From Archangium sp. (lineage in GTDB: Bacteria; Myxococcota; Myxococcia; Myxococcales; Myxococcaceae): DNA of 11,819 bases. Below are positions 6,802 to 11,819 of the stretch, in pieces. The notes beneath the pieces were generated by a model. It saw only the letters and a program-made list of their open reading frames with translations, was not told the DNA's origin and ran no database searches. The position numbers were made by a program, and so were the translations under genes. How positions within the stretch are numbered: the stretch's first letter is position 1; each line of letters starts with the position of its first letter. The DNA is taken from positions 1-11,819 of the forward strand of contig JANLPS010000135.1 in assembly GCA_031367385.1 (NCBI GenBank), read 5' to 3'.

Positions 6802-7254
6802 TCAGGCATTGGCCTGAGGCAGCTCAGCCCTTGGAGGCTTGGCCCGCCACTGCAGCCGCAGACCGACCCATGCGGGGTCGAGCAGCACCTTTTTCGTGTC
6901 AGTCAGGCCCATTTCAAGCGCGGCCAAGCGCACAAAGTCTTCATTGGGCGCTAAAATATCAGGCGTTTCGGAGGGGAAGACCACCCAAATCGCGCCCAGC
7001 ACGGCCATGCCGCGCGAGAGCTTGGCCAGCTGCTCGACCACCTCGGTCTTGCGCTGGGTGAAGAAGATGGTGAGGTCCAACCCCAGCTTCGACGAGTCGA
7101 CCAGCGCGGCGCCTTCGGGCAGGGGCAGCAGCTTTTCCATGAACCCATCGGGCGCGTGCAGCACCGACACGTTCATGCCGGCGCGAACGCCGAGCATCGA
7201 CGACAGCGAAGCGATTAAGAAGGGGCCGCCGAAGTTCGACACGGTGCGGCGCAT
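6802..7254 (-). CDS. DUF3052-like protein, 150 aa
   Basis: Pattern L..MLGVRAG, AP, GAIWVVFP, EDFVR..AL..GLTDTK, WVGLRL resembles DUF3052 (LxxKLGI...WvxWPK...GLVDxK...WSgLkl). Start is uncertain. Confidence 0.7.
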   Translation of the reverse strand: MRRTVSNFGGPFLIASLSSMLGVRAGMNVSVLHAPDGFMEKLLPLPEGAALVDSSKLGLDLTIFFTQRKTEVVEQLAKLSRGMAVLGAIWVVFPSETPDILAPNEDFVRLAALEMGLTDTKKVLLDPAWVGLRLQWRAKPPRAELPQANA

Positions 7255-7280
7255 AGCACACCTTTGAAGAGGTCAAGAAC

Positions 7281-8789
7281 GTGGGCGAGGTCGATGAACA
7301 GGCTTTCGCCGAGACCCTGGCGCCGCAGGTTCGGGCCGCACGGGGTGCCTTCTTCACTCCGAGTGAAATCGTCGAGCGGGTCTTGAACGCGGTCGAGCCG
7401 CTGATAGGTGAATTCGGCGCCCATCGTGCGCTGCGAGTCATCGACCCGGCGTGTGGTGCCGGCGCCTTTCTCTCAGCGGTTTCGCGGCGATGGCCAGCAG
7501 CCGAGCTCTACGGCATCGACCTCGAGCGTCAAAGCCTCGAGACCTGCCGCCAACGGGTGCCCAAGGCGACGCTCCTCGAAGCCAACGCCCTGCTCACCCC
7601 GCTCGTCCTGAGGGCCTCGAAGGACCCGGCCTCACCCCTCGACCTCTGGCTGGGAAACCCGCCCTACAACGGCACCTCGACCCTGCTCAAAAACCCGTCT
7701 GAATGGCACCTGGCGAAAGCCGCCCTGCCACCCGACCTCACCCTGCCCCGCGGCACCTCACTGCGTGACGACTACGTCTTCTTCTTGCTCAAAGCCTCGC
7801 AAGCCCTCGAAGGCCGCGATGGCGTTCTCGCCTTCGTCACGAGCTCGACCCTGCTCGATGCGTTTCAGCACGCGCCGGTTCGGCAAGCGCTGCTGCGTCG
7901 TCTGAACCTGCGCGGGGTCATCGACCTGGGCCCAGGCGCGTTTCGCGGCACCCGGGTCAGCACGTGCATCACGCTCTGGTCGACGCACCCCGGCCCCGCG
8001 CGCTTCGAAGGCCCACCTCCGTCACCTCGCATGGTGAGCCTCTCGAACCAGCCAAGCGCGCCCGACTTCGCGATTCGCCCGACGAGCGAAGAAGCCGAAG
8101 CCCTCGACGCGCAGTGGAGAGCCGACGGCCTCGAGCTCACCACCCTGATACCCCTGACCTTCTCAGGTCTGAAGACGCGCTTCGACGAGCTGCTGGTCGA
8201 CGACGACGCGGCGAAGCTGCAAGCCCGCCTCGAAGACCTGGCGAGCGCCACTTCGGTCGACGCCTTCATGGCGCGCCACGGCCTCACCGACCGGGCCAAG
8301 CTCGAAGCGCTCTGGCCGAACCGCACGCCCTTTGACCCCACCAGGCTGCGCCGCTTTCACCACCCCAGCGGCAAGCAAGCCCCTCGCTGGTGTTCTCTCG
8401 ACCGAGCGCTGATACCCCGCGGAGATCATCGCCTTCGCGGCGACTACGACCCGCACGCCGAGCCGGTGAAGCTGGTCTTCAACATCAACGAGCTGCCATT
8501 GGCCGCGTCGGTGCTCGATGTGGCCGGCTGCGTGACGGCGTACCGCCACTCACGCTTCGCGCCGCTGTTCGTGCCCGAGAAGGTCTTCTCGAAGGGGCTC
8601 TCGGTGACCCGCTCGGGTGAACCGCTCGGCCCTTTGGTGCCGAACCTGAGCGTCACGGTCGCTGACCCCCGCGTGGTGTTCGAGCGCATCGCGCGCTTCA
8701 TCAACTCCGCGGCGGTGCAGCAGGTCTGGGCGCCGGCCTTCGGCACCCGGCGTATTTTGCCAATCCCTTTCGAGGTAATTCGGGCATGA
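7281..8789 (+). CDS. N6-adenine DNA methyltransferase (gamma class), orphan, 502 aa
   Basis: GAFFTP (motif X), VIDPACGAGAFL (motif I, SAM binding), GIDL, GNPPY (motif IV), DDYVFF, GVLAFVT; GAGG SD before the GTG start. Confidence 0.9.
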   Translation: MGEVDEQAFAETLAPQVRAARGAFFTPSEIVERVLNAVEPLIGEFGAHRALRVIDPACGAGAFLSAVSRRWPAAELYGIDLERQSLETCRQRVPKATLLEANALLTPLVLRASKDPASPLDLWLGNPPYNGTSTLLKNPSEWHLAKAALPPDLTLPRGTSLRDDYVFFLLKASQALEGRDGVLAFVTSSTLLDAFQHAPVRQALLRRLNLRGVIDLGPGAFRGTRVSTCITLWSTHPGPARFEGPPPSPRMVSLSNQPSAPDFAIRPTSEEAEALDAQWRADGLELTTLIPLTFSGLKTRFDELLVDDDAAKLQARLEDLASATSVDAFMARHGLTDRAKLEALWPNRTPFDPTRLRRFHHPSGKQAPRWCSLDRALIPRGDHRLRGDYDPHAEPVKLVFNINELPLAASVLDVAGCVTAYRHSRFAPLFVPEKVFSKGLSVTRSGEPLGPLVPNLSVTVADPRVVFERIARFINSAAVQQVWAPAFGTRRILPIPFEVIRA

Positions 8790-8802
8790 AGTCGGCGCCC
8801 CG

Positions 8803-9345
8803 ATGACCTTCACCGCGCAATACAGCATGTTCGAAGGCCTGTTCGACCGCGTGCTCAAGCCTGCGGGAGAGTTTCGAGAAGCGCTCAAAGTCGCCGGCTA
8901 CGACATGGCGAACCCGAAGCCTGAGTACCCCATCGAAGTGTGGCGCGAGTGCTTGTACGTCGCCGCGAAATTCAAATACCCAGCGCTGAACCGCGACGAC
9001 GCGTGGAGAGCCATGGGGCGGACGTTTCTGCAGGGCTACTTCGAGACCATCATTGGCCGGTTGATCGCCGCCGCGTTTCCCCATTTCTCTCCGCGCACGT
9101 TCGTCTCGCGCGCGCCTCGGTTGATGCGCTCGGGGGTCAAAGAGCTTCAGACCGAGCTCGAGTGGCTGGGCGAAACCAAAGCGCGGCTCCTCTTTCACGG
9201 CCCATTCAAGGGCTCGTGTTTCATGTCGGCTGGCATCGCCGAAGAGTGCTTCGTTCGCCTCAAAGTACCGGTGCGCATCGACGCCAAGTCACTCGAGGGA
9301 GTCGACGAGGAGCTCGTCTTCGACTGGTCGGCCCCCTCGAGCTGA
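8803..9345 (+). CDS. DUF2378 / TIGR02265-like myxobacterial paralog-family protein, 180 aa
   Basis: FEGLF, LKVAGYD, PEYP..VW..CL, AWRAMGRTFLQGYFETIIGR and R.PRLMRSG match the family pattern; begins 13 nt after the MTase stop. Confidence 0.85.
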   Translation: MTFTAQYSMFEGLFDRVLKPAGEFREALKVAGYDMANPKPEYPIEVWRECLYVAAKFKYPALNRDDAWRAMGRTFLQGYFETIIGRLIAAAFPHFSPRTFVSRAPRLMRSGVKELQTELEWLGETKARLLFHGPFKGSCFMSAGIAEECFVRLKVPVRIDAKSLEGVDEELVFDWSAPSS

Positions 9346-9355
9346 CTGCGCCGCT

Positions 9356-10030
9356 TCAGATCACCGGAGCGACGGGCTCAGAGACGGCAACCCGCCGTTT
9401 GGCAAGCGCTTTGGCTTCGTTGAGCTGTGCGAACACGAAGTCGTACACGTCGGTGCCCTCACGGTTGTCGGCGTAGCGCAGCGCTTCGCGAAGATTGGTG
9501 AGCGCCTGCTGCCACTCGACCGTGAGGTGCTGGTCTTCGATGCGGCGCTTGCTGCGAGTGAGGTTGGCTTGGGCCTTTTGCTTGTTCGCCTCGAGCACCG
9601 CGTTCGCCGCCGCGGCTGCCGTCAGCGCCGCCTTCTGTGACTCGGCCTTGGCGCTCGGGTTGGCCTCGAGCTCCTGGGCCATGCGGAGCAGCGTCTGCGC
9701 CTGAACCACGGGCGCCTTGGTGACGAGCACGCTGGGAGCGACGACGCCGAGCACCTTGAACGGGTTGCGGCGATCGAAGTCATCACCAGCGAGCCGGGCG
9801 GCCAACGCGTGCGTCGCGTCGTCTTGCGCTTGGTCGGCCAGTCGAGATCGATCGACGGCCTCTTTCACCTCCTTGTCGACCGTGCGTGCGCGGGCATCGG
9901 CGCCTTCGAGGGCGTCTTGCGCGCGTTCGAACGCGGCACGCTCCTCCTTCACGTACTTCGAGTTCACTGCACGCAGGGAGGTGAGAATCATTCGCCCCGC
10001 CAACACTGCTTCGAGAATCTTCTTCGCCAT
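9356..10030 (-). CDS. Hypothetical all-alpha / coiled-coil protein, 224 aa
   Basis: Strong SD (AGGAGG) about 8 nt before the ATG; Ala/Glu/Lys/Arg-rich helical composition and GC-rich third positions; no recognisable catalytic motif. Confidence 0.8.
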   Translation of the reverse strand: MAKKILEAVLAGRMILTSLRAVNSKYVKEERAAFERAQDALEGADARARTVDKEVKEAVDRSRLADQAQDDATHALAARLAGDDFDRRNPFKVLGVVAPSVLVTKAPVVQAQTLLRMAQELEANPSAKAESQKAALTAAAAANAVLEANKQKAQANLTRSKRRIEDQHLTVEWQQALTNLREALRYADNREGTDVYDFVFAQLNEAKALAKRRVAVSEPVAPVI

Positions 10031-10036
10031 GGGTAC

Positions 10037-10063
10037 CGCCTCCTGGTGCGATTGACGGAGGCG
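10037..10063 (-). promoter_or_regulatory. RBS-sequestering hairpin of the 224-aa gene
   Basis: The mRNA reads CGCCUCC-13 nt-GGAGGCG-GUACCC-AUG: a perfect 7-bp stem covers the GGAGG Shine-Dalgarno. Confidence 0.6.
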
Positions 10064-10082
10064 CTGTGGGCGTATTCACGAC

Positions 10083-10222
10083 GAATTCTTTCGACGGTGC
10101 GAATTTCAAAAACGGCCAGAGATTCAATGCCTTGGCTCGTTGAGCGCCTCGAATTCATCGGCTTCGGGGCCGTCTTGAATTCGATCAGCGCCGGCTTCTC
10201 GTGAATTCGGCGCATTTCAAAA
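10083..10222. repeat. Cluster of GAATTC palindromes and related short repeats
   Basis: GAATTC at 10083, 10151, 10177 and 10203 (last three 26 bp apart); ATTTCAAAA at 10103 and 10214; CGGCTTC three times; near-matches GTATTC, GAATTT and AGATTC. Confidence 0.7.
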
Positions 10223-10284
10223 GCCAACAGGCCCGGCTTCGGAAGAAACTTTGGGCTCCACGAAATGAAGACACGGGGGCTTTC

Positions 10285-10809
10285 ATGGTTCGCGCGCTGT
10301 TCGGCCTTTTGATTCTCTCGGCCTGTCGAACTCCGGAGCCGACGCCCATCGCGGTGGCTCCGGAGCCTGAACGCCGGGCCACCGCAGAATCACCAACGGC
10401 CCCTTCACCCGCCCGGCCCCAAGCGCAGCGCCAGGTGGCCGACGACAACGTGCCGACCCTGGCCGCCGAACCCGACCCCAAGAATTGGAAGCACAACGGA
10501 GGCATGACCAGCTCGCAAGGCGACGCGATGTGCGCGAAGGAGCTGCCCCGCTGCAAGCACCCGTTCGGCAGCTACACCATGCCGCCAAGCCCCTGCGCGC
10601 ACCAGGGCACGCTGTGCACGTACCACCCGAGCCCGACCGCGGGCACGTGGAGCTGCGGCTGCGAGGCCTGCAGCTCGAATGAAGACTGTGCTCCGAATGA
10701 GCACTGCGGCACGAACGCGTCGCCGTGCTCATACGCGCGTGTGGCGATGCGGTGCCTGCCGGGGCCGCAAACCGTCGCGCAGCCGTGCATGGAGCCCGCG
10801 GTGCCGTGA
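10285..10809 (+). CDS. Cysteine-rich lipoprotein, 174 aa
   Basis: ATG 10285 gives signal peptide MVRALFGLLILSA-C (lipobox LSAC), then a Pro/Ala/Thr linker and a domain with 12 Cys including C-x5-C-x5-C; GGGGG SD-like sequence upstream. Confidence 0.8.
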   Translation: MVRALFGLLILSACRTPEPTPIAVAPEPERRATAESPTAPSPARPQAQRQVADDNVPTLAAEPDPKNWKHNGGMTSSQGDAMCAKELPRCKHPFGSYTMPPSPCAHQGTLCTYHPSPTAGTWSCGCEACSSNEDCAPNEHCGTNASPCSYARVAMRCLPGPQTVAQPCMEPAVP

Positions 10810-10820
10810 ACGGTTTACGG

Positions 10821-10851
10821 CTTGAGCCAGCCGCCGGTCTGATCGCTCAAG
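10821..10851. terminator. Possible hairpin between convergent genes
   Basis: CTTGAGC-CAG...CTG-ATC-GCTCAAG: a 7-bp plus 3-bp interrupted stem with no clear U-tract. Confidence 0.3.
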
Positions 10852-10879
10852 AACAGCGTGTGCCACCGCGCGCCTCGGC

Positions 10880-11746
10880 TCACGACTCCGCGGCGTTCCA
10901 CACCGAGAGAAACTCGGTGACCCGCGGCGCTTCAAGGGGCCTTCGGCCGAGCTCTGCGCCGCGCTGACGGGCTGGCTCGCCACGCACGCGCTCCCATGAC
11001 AGCGAGCCTTCATTGCAGCGCTGGCACCGTGCGAACCGAAAGAGCATGCGCGCTTCGGCTTTTGCGACCGTGGGCCAGCTCTCGAAGGGAGACTCCGATC
11101 GAAGCGCCGATGCCAACGCCCTGCCGTCTGCGACGCTCGTGAGCACCCGCTCGAACCCCTGGGCGTTGGTTTCGTCGAGGTACCCGACCACGGTCGAGCG
11201 TTGAAACCGATTGCACTTCGCGCAGTGGGGCCGCGTGCCGACGCTCATCAACAGGCCGTAGACGCCCCCTGCGAGAAAACCGATGACATCGAGCAACCGC
11301 AGCAGGTAGCCCCAGAGACCGACGCCCGGGTGGCTGCCGAAGTGCTGCTCGCGGGTCATGAAGTCGAAGTAGGCCCAGAAGGTGAGTGGCACGTCGTTTC
11401 GGTCGACGACGCCGTTCGGGTACATCACGCGAAACTCGAGGTATTCGGCGATGAAATACGAGGCGAGCAGCAGCGCGCAGACGGCGAGCACCGTCGCGTT
11501 GCTGGCTCGAACGCCTGCCAGACGCGCGCCCGCGGTGAAACCGAATGACGCGAGCACGCCCACCAAGAACGGCCCGATGGGGATGACGACGTACACCGAC
11601 CACAGCATCAGGTTCGTGCCCTGGCTCGCGACGTACCAGACCACACCGAGCGCCAAGAGCGCGCTCAAGGCGCCCATGGCCAGCACCACGGCCAGGCGTA
11701 CGGGGTAGCCGAAGAAGGTCTCGCTCTGCGCTTCACCGCTCGCCAT
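10880..11746 (-). CDS. Hypothetical polytopic membrane protein with C-terminal CxxC...CxxC (zinc-ribbon-like) domain, 288 aa
   Basis: About 4 hydrophobic segments in the N-terminal 170 aa, then CAKC and CQRC. The frame stays open upstream to the window edge, so the start is uncertain. Confidence 0.8.
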   Translation of the reverse strand: MASGEAQSETFFGYPVRLAVVLAMGALSALLALGVVWYVASQGTNLMLWSVYVVIPIGPFLVGVLASFGFTAGARLAGVRASNATVLAVCALLLASYFIAEYLEFRVMYPNGVVDRNDVPLTFWAYFDFMTREQHFGSHPGVGLWGYLLRLLDVIGFLAGGVYGLLMSVGTRPHCAKCNRFQRSTVVGYLDETNAQGFERVLTSVADGRALASALRSESPFESWPTVAKAEARMLFRFARCQRCNEGSLSWERVRGEPARQRGAELGRRPLEAPRVTEFLSVWNAAES

Positions 11747-11819
11747 CGCCGCCGAGCTACCAGGGCCGGTCGTGCCCGAGAAGACCCCGCGCGTCAGAAC
11801 GTCGGGCCTCGCGCGCCAA

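Noticed and set aside
7408..7420. 13-bp identity GTGAATTCGGCGC between the MTase gene (7408-7420) and the array (10201-10213)
   Set aside because: About one 13-mer match is expected by chance in a self-comparison of 11.8 kb, so it is not evidence of a link on its own.
7281..9345. MTase plus downstream gene as a Type II restriction-modification pair
   Set aside because: The downstream gene matches the DUF2378/TIGR02265 pattern and shows no PD-(D/E)xK, HNH or GIY-YIG motif.
10083..10226. GAATTC array as a CRISPR array
   Set aside because: The conserved unit is only 6-7 bp, the 26-bp period is too short for repeat plus spacer, and no cas genes are present.
11794..11819. Possible 3' end of another minus-strand gene (GARGPTF-stop)
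   Set aside because: Only 8 codons are visible, too little to support.

Overview
GC-rich window (about 65% by eye) that looks myxobacterial: it carries TIGR02266-like PilZ and DUF2378/TIGR02265-like paralog-family genes plus a Cys-rich lipoprotein. From left to right: a stand-alone PilZ gene (-) divergent from a patatin-like phospholipase (+); a small membrane-type ORF (+) with no stop codon before a 25-bp palindrome; a minus-strand housekeeping cluster (DUF3052, Rne/Rng ribonuclease, PilZ, YihY with C-terminal winged helix, IHF-beta/HU); an orphan N6-adenine DNA methyltransferase followed by a DUF2378 gene (+); an all-alpha hypothetical (-); a Cys-rich lipoprotein (+); and a membrane protein with CxxC pairs (-). 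The most unusual signals are non-coding or low-complexity: (1) the leader of the all-alpha gene has a GAATTC cluster, three copies exactly 26 bp apart, plus mutually exclusive SD / anti-SD / anti-anti-SD pairings; (2) a ~250-nt multi-stem leader lies upstream of rne; (3) a REP-like palindrome occurs twice, and one copy could create a non-stop mRNA; (4) the RNase E/G has a ~180-aa S1 insertion and a poly-Gly/RG tail. No rRNA, tRNA, CRISPR array or transposase was seen. All family calls come from motif recognition, not database searches.
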